Assembly (NCBI GenBank): GCA_002189035.1
Contig: NEEC01000161.1
Span: 1-41,501 of the forward strand
Length of the DNA stretch: 41,501 nt
DNA from: Utricularia gibba
Lineage: Eukaryota; Plantae; Magnoliophyta
Direction of reading: 5' to 3'
Part shown: piece by piece, positions 1-11,133 of the stretch
How the letters are laid out: the number at the start of each line of letters is the position of its first letter
Position numbering within the stretch: the stretch's first letter is position 1
Program-made: the position numbers and the translations under genes
The notes under the pieces: generated by a model
The model's input: the letters and a program-made list of their open reading frames with translations, nothing else
Told to the model about the DNA's origin: nothing
Databases searched by the model: none

Positions 1-279
1 TACTTTATACTGAGAGGCGGTCTTGGGGGGCACTTGGAACCGGAAAAAGGTCAGCTTAGGCCTTGGCCCAAAGTAAGTTGTAGCCCGGCAAAGAAAGTGA
101 TGTATTTATTAACGTTCGGTTTTCGGTGTTGCCTACATGGTTTTTCAAGGAACAGCTTCTCGTTTTGTGGCGGCCAGTCTCGCTAGGAACTTGGTCCGGG
201 CCCGCGATTCTTTATGGCTCATGAGGACAAAAGGATGCAAATCGATGAATACAATGTTGCATTTGTTTAAAATTGCGAT

Positions 280-298
280 ATCACGTGCACCCCACATG
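280..298. promoter_or_regulatory. Sequence motif: RTCACGTG followed 11 bp later by CACATG (paired E-boxes), at essentially every monomer junction; function unproven
   Basis: ATCACGTG (280-287) at A-to-B junctions and GTCACGTG (595-602) at B-to-A junctions; CACATG at 293-298. The motif match is direct; protein binding is inference only. Confidence 0.35.
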
Positions 299-347
299 AT
301 TTTTTCAACAACTTACTTTATACTTGAGAGGCGGTCTTTGGGTGCAC
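285..347. repeat. Perfect 8 bp inverted repeat GTGCACCC / GGGTGCAC in B- and C-type heads
   Basis: GTGCACCC at 285-292 and GGGTGCAC at 340-347, with a 47 bp spacer. Type A has GGGGGCAC (one mismatch). Confidence 0.75.
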
Positions 348-605
348 CTGGAACGGGACAAAGGTAAGGTTTGGCTTGCACCGAGAGTTAGTTGTAGTCC
401 GGCAAATAAAGTGATGTATTTATTATCGTTCGGTTTTCGGGGGCTGCCTACATGGTTTTTCAAGGAACCGCTTCTCGTTTTGTGGCGGCCAGTCTCGCTG
501 GGAACTTGGTCCTTGACCCCGATTCTGTATGGCTCATGAGGTCAACTGGATGCAAATCGATTAAAAAAAATGATGCATTTGTTTAAATTACGATGTCACG
601 TGCAC
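291..605 (+). repeat. Internal degenerate ~156-158 bp direct subrepeat (each monomer is two diverged halves)
   Basis: CCCACATGATTTTTTCAACAAC (291) vs CCTACATGGTTTTTCAAGGAAC (447); GGCGGTC (330) vs GGCGGCC (484); ACCTGG (346) vs ACTTGG (504); TGGCT (372) vs TGGCT (530); GCAAAT (402) vs GCAAAT (552); TGATGTATTT (412) vs TGATGCATTT (571). The blocks are collinear, with offsets of 150-159 bp. Confidence 0.85.
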
Positions 606-623
606 CCCACATGATTTTTTTAA
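561..623. repeat. Imperfect 14-15 bp inverted repeat across B-to-A junctions
   Basis: TTAAAAAAAATGATG (561-575) vs CATGATTTTTTTAA (610-623; reverse complement TTAAAAAAATCATG): one mismatch and one extra A, with a 34 bp spacer. Confidence 0.8.
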
Positions 624-3600
624 CAACTACTTTATACATGAGGAGGCGGTCTTGGGGGCACTTGGAACCGGAAAAGGTCAGCTTAGGCCTTGGCCCAAAG
701 TAAGTTGTAGCCCGGCAAAGAAAGTGATGTATTTATTAACGTTCGGTTTTTCGGTGTTGCCTACATGGTTTTTCAAGGAACAGCTTCTCGTTTTGTGGCG
801 GCCAGTCTCGCTAGGAACTTGGTCCGGGCCCGCGATTCTTTATGGCTCATGAGGACAAAAGGATGCAAATCGATGAATACAATGTTGCATTTGTTTAAAT
901 TGCGATATCACGTGCACCCCACATGATTTTTTCAACAACTTACTTTATACTTGAGAGGCGGTCTTGGGTGCACTGGAACGGAAAAAGGTAGGTTAGGCTT
1001 GGCCCAAAGTTAGTTGTAGCCGGCAAATAAAGTGATGTATTTATTATCGTTCGGTTTTCGGGGGCTGCCTACATGGTTTTTCAAGGAACCGCTTCTCGTT
1101 TTGTGGCGGCCAGTCTCGCTGGGAACTTGGTCCTTGACCCCGATTCTGTATGGCTCATGAGGTCAACTGGATGCAAATCGATTAAAAAAAATGATGCATT
1201 TGTTTAAATTACGATGTCACGTGCACCCCACATGATTTTTTTTAACAACATACTTTATACTGAGGAGGCGGTCTTGGGGGGCACTTGGAACCGGAAAAAG
1301 GTCAGCTTAGGCCTTGGCCCAAAGTAAGTTGTAGCCCGGCAAAGAAAGTGATGTATTTATTAACGTTCGGTTTCGGTGTTGCCTACATGGTTTTTCAAGG
1401 AACAGCTTCTCGTTTTGTGGCGGCCAGTCTCGCTAGGAACTTGGTCCGGGCCCGCGATTCTTTATGGCTCATGAGGACAAAAGGATGCAAATCGATGAAT
1501 ACAATGTTGCATTTGTTTAAATTGCGATATCACGTGCACCCCACATGATTTTTTCAACAACTTACTTTATACTTGAGCAGGCGGTCTTGGGTGCACTGGA
1601 ACGGGACAAAGGTAGGTTTGGCTTGGCACGAGAGTTAGTTGTAGTCCGGCAAATAAAGTGATGTATTTATTATCGTTCGGTTTTCGGGGTGCCTACATGG
1701 TTTTTCAAGGAACCGCTTCTCGTTTTGTGGCGGCCAGTCTCGCTGGGAACTTGGTCCTTGACCCGATTCTGTATGGCTCATGAGGTCAACTGGATGCAAA
1801 TCGATTAAAAAAAATGATGCATTTGTTTAAATTACGATGTCACGTGCACCCCACATGATTTTTTCAAAACAACTTACTTTATACTTGAGAAGGCGGTCTT
1901 GGGTGCACTTGGAACCGGAAAAAGGTCAGCTTAGGCCTTGGCCCAAAGTAAGTTGTAGCCGGCAAAGAAAGTGATGTATTTATTAACGTTCGGTTTTCGG
2001 TGTTGCCTACATGGTTTTTCAAGGAACAGCTTCTCGTTTTGTGGCGGCCAGTCTCGCTAGGAACTTGGTCCGGGCCCGCGATTCTTTATGGCTCATGAGG
2101 ACAAAAGGATGCAAATCGATGAAAAAAATGTTGCATTTGTTTAAATTGCGATATCACGTGCACCCCACATGATTTTTTCAACAACTTACTTTATACTTGA
2201 GAAGGCGGTCTTGGGTGCACTTGGAACGGAAAAAGGTCAGCTTAGGCGGCCCAAGTAAGTTGTAGCCGGCAAATAAAGTGATGTATTTATTATCGTTCGG
2301 TTTTCGGGTTGCCTACATGGTTTTTCAAGGAAGCTTCTCGTTTTGTGGCGGCCAGTCTCGCTGGAACTTGGTCCCCCGATTCTGTATGGCTCATGAGGAC
2401 AAAAGGATGCAAATCGATTAAACAAAATGATCATTTGTTTAAATTGCGATATCACGTGCACCCCACATGATTTTTTCAACAACTTACTTTATACTTGAGA
2501 GGCGGTCTTTGGGTGCACTTGGAACGGGAAAAGGTAGGTTTTAGGCTTGGCCGAAAGTAAGTTGTAGCCGGCAAATAAAGTGATGTATTTATTAACGTTC
2601 GGTTTTCGGGGTGCCTACATGGTTTTTCAAGGAACAGCTTCTCGTTTTGTGGCGGCCAGTCTCGCTGGGAACTTGGTCCGACCCGATTCTTATGGCTCAT
2701 GAGGTCAACTGGATGCAAATCGATTAAAAAAATGTGCATTTGTTTAAATTACGATATCACGTGCACCCACATGATTTTTTCAAAACTTACTTTATACTTG
2801 AGGGCGGTCTTTGGGTGCACTGGAACGGAAAAAAGGTTTAGGCTTGGCCAAAGTTAGTTGTAGTCCGGCAAATAAAGTGATGTATTTATTATCGTTCGGT
2901 TTTCGGGGGCTGCCTACATGGTTTTTCAAGGAACCGCTTCTCGTTTTGTGGCGGCCAGTCTCGCTGGGAACTTGGTCCTTGACCCCGATTCTGTATGGCT
3001 CATGAGGTCAACTGGATGCAAATCGATTAAAAAAAATGATGCATTTGTTTAAATTACGATGTCACGTGCACCCACATGATTTTTTTAACAACATACTTTA
3101 TACTGAGGAGGCGGTCTTGGGGGGCACTTGGAACCGGAAAAAGGTCAGCTTAGGCCTTGGCCCAAAGTAAGTTGTAGCCCGGCAAAGAAAGTGATGTATT
3201 TATTAACGTTCGGTTTTCGGTGTTGCCTACATGGTTTTTCAAGGAACAGCTTCTCGTTTTGTGGCGGCCAGTCTCGCTAGGAACTTGGTCCGGGCCCGCG
3301 ATTCTTTATGGCTCATGAGGACAAAAGGATGCAAATCGATGAATACAATGTTGCATTTGTTTAAATTGCGATATCACGTGCACCCCACATGATTTTTTCA
3401 ACAACTTACTTTATACTTGAGCAGGCGGTCTTTGGGTGCACTTGGAACGGAAAAGGTAGGTTAGGCTTGGCCGAAAGTTAGTTGTAGTCCGGCAAATAAA
3501 GTGATGTATTTATTATCGTTCGGTTTTCGGGGGCTGCCTACATGGTTTTTCAAGGAACCGCTTCTCGTTTTGTGGCGGCCAGTCTCGCTGGGAACTTGGT

Positions 3601-6600
3601 CCTTGACCCCGATTCTGTATGGCTCATGAGGTCAACTGGATGCAAATCGATTAAAAAAAATGATGCATTTGTTTAAATTACGATGTCACGTGCACCCCAC
3701 ATGATTTTTTTAACAACTACTTTATACATGAGGAGGCGGTCTTTGGGGGGCACTTGGAACCGGAAAAAGGTCAGCTTAGGCCTTGGCCCAAAGTAAGTTG
3801 TAGCCCGGCAAAGAAAGTGATGTATTTATTAACGTTCGGTTTTCGGTGTTGCCTACATGGTTTTTCAAGGAACAGCTTCTCGTTTTGTGGCGGCCAGTCT
3901 CGCTAGGAACTTGGTCCGGGCCCGCGATTCTTTATGGCTCATGAGGACAAAAGGATGCAAATCGATGAATACAATGTTGCATTTGTTTAAATTGCGATAT
4001 CACGTGCACCCCACATGATTTTTTTCAACAACTTACTTTATACTTGAGCAGGCGGTCTTTGGGTGCACCTGGAACGGGACAAAGGTAGGTTTGGCTTGCA
4101 CGAGAGTTAGTTGTAGTCCGGCAAATAAAGTGATGTATTTATTATCGTTCGGTTTTCGGGGTGCCTACATGGTTTTTCAAGGAACCGCTTCTCGTTTTGT
4201 GGCGGCCAGTCTCGCTGGGAACTTGGTCCTTGACCCGATTCTGTATGGCTCATGAGGTCAACTGGATGCAAATCGATTAAAAAAAATGATCATTTGTTTA
4301 AATTATGATGTCACGTGCACCCCACATGATTTTTTCAAACAACTTACTTTATACTTGAGAGGCGGTCTTTGGGGCACTTGGAACCGGAAAAAGATCAGCT
4401 TAGGCCTTGGCCAAAGTAAGTTGTAGCCCGGCAAATAAAAGTGATGTATTTATTAACGTTCGGTTTTCGGGGTGCCTACATGGTTTTTCAAGGAACCGCT
4501 TCTCGTTTTGTGGCTCTCGCTGGGAACTTGGTCCTTGACCCCGATTCTGTATGGCTCATGAGGTCAACTGGATGCAAATCGATTAAAAAATGATGCATTT
4601 GTTTAAATTACGATGTCACGTGCACCCCACATGATTTTTTTAACAACATACTTTATACTGAGGAGGCGGTCTTGGGGGGCACTTGGAACCGGAAAAAGGT
4701 CAGCTTAGGCCTTGGCCCAAAGTAAGTTGTAGCCCGGCAAAGAAAGTGATGTATTTATTAACGTTCGGTTTTCGGTGTTGCCTACATGGTTTTTCAAGGA
4801 ACAGCTTCTCGTTTTGTGGCGGCCAGTCTCGCTAGGAACTTGGTCCGGGCCCCGATTCTTTATGGCTCATGAGGACAAAAGGATGCAAATCGATGAATAC
4901 AATGTTGCATTTGTTTAAATTGCGATATCACGTGCACCCCACATGATTTTTTCAACAACTTACTTTATACTTGAGGAGGCGGTCTTTGGGTGCACTTGGA
5001 ACGGAAAAAAGGTAGGTTTGGCTTGGCCAAAGTAAGTTGTAGTCCGGCAAATAAAGTGATGTATTTATTATCGTTCGGTTTTCGGGGGCTGCCTACATGG
5101 TTTTTCAAGGAACGCTTCTCGTTTTGTGGCGGCCAGTCTCGCTGGGAACTTGGTCCTTGACCCCGATTCTGTATGGCTCATGAGGTCAACTGGATGCAAA
5201 TCGATTAAAAAAAATGATGCATTTGTTTAAATTACGATGTCACGTGCACCCCACATGATTTTTTTAACAACATACTTTATACATGAGGAGGCGGTCTTGG
5301 GGGGCACTTGGAACCGGAAAAAGGTCAGCTTAGGCCTTGGCCAAAGTAAGTTGTAGCCGGCAAAGAAAGTGATGTATTTATTAACGTTCGGTTTTCGGTG
5401 TTGCCTACATGGTTTTTCAAGGAACAGCTTCTCGTTTTGTGGCGGCCAGTCTCGCTAGGAACTTGGTCACCGCGATTCTTTATGGCTCATGAGGACAAAA
5501 GGATGCAAATCGATGAATACAATGTTGCATTTGTTTAAATTGCGATATCACGTGCACCCCACATGATTTTTTCAACAACTTACTTTATACTTGAGAGGCG
5601 GTCTTTGGGTGCACTGGAACGGGACAAAGGTAGGTTTGGCTTGCCGAGAGTTAGTTGTAGTCCGGCAAATAAAGTGATGTATTTATTATCGTTCGGTTTT
5701 CGGGGCTGCCTACATGGTTTTTCAAGGAACCGCTTCTCGTTTTGTGGCGGCCAGTCTCGCTGGGAACTTGGTCCTTGACCCCGATTCTGTATGGCTCATG
5801 AGGTCAACTGGATGCAAATCGATTAAAAAAAATGATGCATTTGTTTAAATTATGATGTCACGTGCACCCCACATGATTTTTTCAACAACTTACTTTATAC
5901 TTGAGAGGCGGTCTTGGGTGCACTTGGAACCGGAAAAAGATCAGCTTAGGCCTTGGCCCAAAGTAAGTTGTAGCCCGGCAAAGAAAGTGATGTATTTATT
6001 AACGTTCGGTTTTCGGTGTTGCCTACATGGTTTTTCAAGGAACAGCTTCTCGTTTTGTGGCGGCCAGTCTCGCTGGGAACTTGGTCCGACCCCGATTCTT
6101 ATGGCTCATGAGGTCAACTGGATGCAAATCGATTAAAAAAATGATGCATTTGTTTAAATTGCGATATCACGTGCACCCCACATGATTTTTTCAACAACTT
6201 ACTTTATACTTGAGAGGCGGTCTTTGGGGCACTTGGAACGGAAAAAGATCAGCTTAGGCCTTGGCCCAAAGTAAGTTGTAGCCCGGCAAAGAAAGTGATG
6301 TATTTATTATCGTTCGGTTTTCGGTTGCCTACATGGTTTTTCAAGGAACAGCTTCTCGTTTTGTGGCGGCCAGTCTCGCTAGGAACTTGGTCCGGGCCCG
6401 CGATTCTTTATGGCTCATGAGGACAAAGGATGCAAATCGATGAATACAATGTTGCATTTGTTTAAATTGCGATATCACGTGCACCCACATGATTTTTTCA
6501 ACAACTTACTTTATACTTGAGCAGGCGGTCTTTGGGTGCACTGGAACGGACAAAGGTAAGGTTTGGCTTGCAGAGAGTTAGTTGTAGTCCGGCAAATAAA

Positions 6601-9600
6601 GTGATGTATTTATTATCGTTCGGTTTTCGGGGGCTGCCTACATGGTTTTTCAAGGAACCGCTTCTCGTTTTGTGGCGGCCAGTCTCGCTGGGAACTTGGT
6701 CCTTGACCCCGATTCTGTATGGCTCATGAGGTCAACTGGATGCAAATCGATTAAAAAAAATGATGCATTTGTTTAAATTACGATGTCACGTGCACCCCAC
6801 ATGATTTTTTAACAACATACTTTATACATGAGGAGGCGGTCTTGGGGGGCACTTGGAACCGGAAAAAGGTCAGCTTAGGCCTTGGCCCAAAGTAAGTTGT
6901 AGCCCGGCAAAGAAAGTGATGTATTTATTAACGTTCGGTTTTCGGTGTTGCCTACATGGTTTTTCAAGGAACAGCTTCTCGTTTTGTGGCGGCCAGTCTC
7001 GCTAGGAACTTGGTCCGGGCCCGCGATTCTTTATGGCTCATGAGGACAAAAGGATGCAAATCGATGAATACAATGTTGCATTTGTTTAAATTGCGATATC
7101 ACGTGCACCCCACATGATTTTTTCAACAACTTACTTTATACTTGAGAGGCGGTCTTGGGGCACTTGGAACGGAAAAGGTAGGTTAGGCTTGCCAAAGTGT
7201 TGTAGTCCGGCAAATAAAGTGATGTATTTATTATCGTTCGGTTTTCGGGGGCTGCCTACATGGTTTTTCAAGGAACCGCTTCTCGTTTTTGGCGGCCAGT
7301 CTCGCTGGGAACTTGGTCCTTGACCCCGATTCTGTATGGCTCATGAGGTCAACTGGATGCAAATCGATTAAAAAAAATGATGCATTTGTTTAAATTACGA
7401 TGTCACGTGCACCCCACATGATTTTTTAACAACATACTTTATACATGAGAAGGCGGTCTTGGGGGCACTTGGAACCGGAAAAAGGTCAGCTTAGGCCTTG
7501 GCCCAAAGTAAGTTGTAGCCCGGCAAAGAAAGTGATGTATTTATTAACGTTCGGTTTTCGGTGTTGCCTACATGGTTTTTCAAGGAACAGCTTCTCGTTT
7601 TGTGGCGGCCAGTCTCGCTAGGAACTTGGTCCGGCCCGCGATTCTTTATGGCTCATGAGGACAAAAGGATGCAAATCGATGAAACAATGTTGCATTTGTT
7701 TAAATTGCGATATCACGTGCACCCCACATGATTTTTTCAACAACTTACTTTATACTTGAGCAGGCGGTCTTTGGGTGCACCTGGAACGGAAAAGGTAGGT
7801 TTGGCTTGCCGAAGTTAGTTGTAGTCCGGCAAATAAAGTGATGTATTTATTATCGTTCGGTTTTCGGGGCTGCCTACATGGTTTTTCAAGGAACCGCTTC
7901 TCGTTTTGTGGCGGCCAGTCTCGCTGGGAACTTGGTCCTTGACCCCGATTCTGTATGGCTCATGAGGTCAACTGGATGCAAATCGATTAAAAAAAATGAT
8001 GCATTTGTTTAAATTACGATGTCACGTGCACCCCACATGATTTTTTTAACAACATACTTTATACATGAGGAGGCGGTCTTGGGGGGCACTTGGAACCGGA
8101 AAAAGATCAGCTTAGGCCTTGGCCCAAAGTAAGTTGTAGCCCGGCAAAGAAAGTGATGTATTTATTAACGTTCGGTTTTCGGTGTTGCCTACATGGTTTT
8201 TCAAGGAACAGCTTCTCGTTTTGTGGCGGCCAGTCTCGCTAGGAACTTGGTCCGGGCCGCGATTCTTTATGGCTCATGAGGACAAAAGGATGCAAATCGA
8301 TGAATACAATGTTGCATTTGTTTAAATTGCGATATCACGTGCACCCCACATGATTTTTTCAACAACTTACTTTATACTTGAGAGGCGGTCTTTGGGTGCA
8401 CCTGGAACGGGACAAAGGTAGGTTTGGCTTGCCGAGAGTTAGTTGTAGTCCGGCAAATAAAGTGATGTATTTATTATCGTTCGGTTTTCGGGGCTGCCTA
8501 CATGGTTTTTCAAGGAACGCTTCTCGTTTTGTGGCGGCCAGTCTCGCTGGGAACTTGGTCCTTGACCCCGATTCTGTATGGCTCATGAGGTCAACTGGAT
8601 GCAAATCGATTAAAAAAAATGATCCATTTGTTTAAATTATGATGTCACGTGCACCCCACATGATTTTTTTCAACAACTTACTTTATACTTGAGAGGCGGT
8701 CTTTGGGTGCACTTGGAACCGGAAAAAGTCAGCTTAGGCCTTGGCCCAAAGTAAGTTGTAGCCCGGCAAAGAAAGTGATGTATTTATTAACGTTCGGTTT
8801 TCGGTGTTGCCTACATGGTTTTTCAAGGAACAGCTTCTCGTTTGTGGCGGCCAGTCTCGCTAGGAACTTGGTCCGGGCCCGCGATTCTTTATGGCTCATG
8901 AGGACAAAAGGATGCAAATCGATGAATACAATGTTGCATTTGTTTAAATTGCGATATCACGTGCACCCCACATGATTTTTTCAACAACTTACTTTATACT
9001 TGAGCAGGCGGTCTTTGGGTGCACCTGGAACGGGACAAAGGTAAGGTTTGGCTTGCACCGAGAGTTAGTTGTAGTCCGGCAAATAAAGTGATGTATTTAT
9101 TATCGTTCGGTTTTCGGGGGCTGCCTACATGGTTTTTCAAGGAACCGCTTCTCGTTTTTGGCGGCCAGTCTCGCTGGGAACTTGGTCCTTGACCCCGATT
9201 CTGTATGGCTCATGAGGTCAACTGGATGCAAATCGATTAAAAAAAATGATGCATTTGTTTAAATTACGATGTCACGTGCACCCACATGATTTTTTTAACA
9301 ACATACTTTATACATGAGGAGGCGGTCTTGGGGCACTTGGAACCGGAAAAAGGTCAGCTTAGGCCTTGGCCCAAAGTAAGTTGTAGCCCGGCAAAGAAAG
9401 TGATGTATTTATTAACGTTCGGTTTTCGGTGTTGCCTACATGGTTTTTCAAGGAACAGCTTCTCGTTTTGTGGCGGCCAGTCTCGCTAGGAACTTGGTCC
9501 GGGCCCGCGATTCTTTATGGCTCATGAGGACAAAAGGATGCAAATCGATGAATACAATGTTGCATTTGTTTAAATTGCGATATCACGTGCACCCCACATG

Positions 9601-9894
9601 ATTTTTTCAACAACTTACTTTATACTTGAGAGGCGGTCTTGGGTGCACTGGAACGGAAAAAGGTAAGGTTAGGCTTGCACCAAAGTTAGTTGTAGTCCGG
9701 CAAATAAAGTGATGTATTTATTATCGTTCGGTTTTCGGGGGCTGCCTACATGGTTTTTCAAGGAACCGCTTCTCGTTTTGTGGCGGCCAGTCTCGCTGGG
9801 AACTTGGTCCTTGACCCCGATTCTGTATGGCTCATGAGGTCAACTGGATGCAAATCGATTAAAAAAAATGATGCATTTGTTTAAATTACGATGT

Positions 9895-10208
9895 CACGTG
9901 CACCCCACATGATTTTTTTAACAACATACTTTATACATGAGGAGGCGGTCTTGGGGGGCACTTGGAACCGGAAAAAGGTCAGCTTAGGCCTTGGCCCAAA
10001 GTAAGTTGTAGCCCGGCAAAGAAAGTGATGTATTTATTAACGTTCGGTTTTCGGTGTTGCCTACATGGTTTTTCAAGGAACAGCTTCTCGTTTTGTGGCG
10101 GCCAGTCTCGCTAGGAACTTGGTCCGGGCCCGCGATTCTTTATGGCTCATGAGGACAAAAGGATGCAAATCGATGAATACAATGTTGCATTTGTTTAAAT
10201 TGCGATAT
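9895..10208 (+). repeat. Type A monomer, clean exemplar (314 bp)
   Basis: Diagnostic alleles: TAACAACATAC, CATGAGGAGG, GGGGGGCACTTGGAACCGG, GTCAGCTTAGGCCTTGGCCCAAAGTAAG, GCCCGGCAAAGAAAG, AACGTT, CGGTGTTGCC, AACAGC, CTAGG, CCGGGCCCGCG, GACAAAAGG, GATGAATACAATGTTGC, TTGCGATAT. Confidence 0.95.
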
Positions 10209-11133
10209 CACGTGCACCCCACATGATTTTTTCAACAACTTACTTTATACTTGAGAGGCGGTCTTTGGGTGCACTGGAACGGAAAAGGTCAGTTTGGCTT
10301 GCCGAAGTTAGTTGTAGTCCGGCAAATAAAGTGATGTATTTATTATCGTTCGGTTTTCGGGGGCTGCCTACATGGTTTTTCAAGGAACCGCTTCTCGTTT
10401 TGTGGCGGCCAGTCTCGCTGGGAACTTGGTCCTTGACCCCGATTCTGTATGGCTCATGAGGTCAACTGGATGCAAATCGATTAAAAAAAATGATGCATTT
10501 GTTTAAATTACGATGTCACGTGCACCCCACATGATTTTTTCAACAACTTACTTTATACTGAGGAGGCGGTCTTGGGGGCACTTGGAACCGGAAAAAGATC
10601 AGCTTAGGCCTTGGCCCAAAGTAAGTTGTAGCCCGGCAAAGAAAGTGATGTATTTATTAACGTTCGGTTTTCGGTGTGCCTACATGGTTTTTCAAGGAAC
10701 AGCTTCTCGTTTTGTGGCGGCCAGTCTCGCTGGGAACTTGGTCCGACCCCGATTCTGTATGGCTCATGAGGTCAACTGGATGCAAATCGATTAAAAAAAA
10801 TGATGCATTTGTTTAAATTACGATGTCACGTGCACCCCACATGATTTTTTAACAACTACTTTATACATGAGGAGGCGGTCTTGGGGGCACTTGGAACCGG
10901 AAAAAGGTCAGCTTAGGCCTTGGCCCAAAGTAAGTTGTAGCCGGCAAAGAAAGTGATGTATTTATTAACGTTCGGTTTTCGGTGTTGCCTACATGGTTTT
11001 TCAAGGAACAGCTTCTCGTTTTGTGGCGGCCAGTCTCGCTGGAACTTGGTCCGGGCCCGATTCTTATGGCTCATGAGGACAAAAGGATGCAAAATCGATG
11101 AATACAATGTTGCATTTGTTTAAATTGCGATAT

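Noticed and set aside
345-359. CENP-B-box-like sequence (TGGAACGGGA in B; TTGGAACCGGA in A)
   Set aside because: It resembles only the 3' half of YTTCGTTGGAARCGGGA. The essential TTCG is absent and the spacing to CGGG is wrong.
360-370. Spliced-leader RNA or snRNA tandem gene array (donor-like AAG/GTAAGG in B, AAA/GTAAGT in A)
   Set aside because: No known leader exon, no canonical Sm site (RAU4-6GR), and the donor-like motifs are at different positions in A and B.
280-400. Budding-yeast point centromere (CDEI match)
   Set aside because: There is no long >85% AT CDEII and no CDEIII consensus downstream, and point centromeres are not in tandem arrays.
533-558. Hammerhead ribozyme/retrozyme-like core (CTCATGAGG...GCAAATC), considered because ~300 bp tandem repeats in newts and schistosomes carry hammerheads
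   Set aside because: The core reads CUCAUGA rather than CUGANGA, GCAAA replaces GAAA, and stem II does not pair convincingly. The minus strand gives only CUGAUCU/CUGACCU. An Infernal search with hammerhead models would settle it.
682-690. Telomere-like TTAGG/TTAGGC in type A
   Set aside because: A single isolated occurrence per A-type monomer, never tandem; expected by chance.
282-908. 5S rDNA, tRNA or SINE-derived tandem unit
   Set aside because: No recognisable 5S sequence, cloverleaf or Pol III B box (GGTTCGANTCC) on either strand.
9937-9975. G-quadruplex potential in GAGGAGGCGGTCTTGGGGGGCACTTGG
   Set aside because: Only GG tracts plus one variable G4-G6 run; it does not meet the four-G3-tract pattern, and the run is broken (GGGTGC) in type B.
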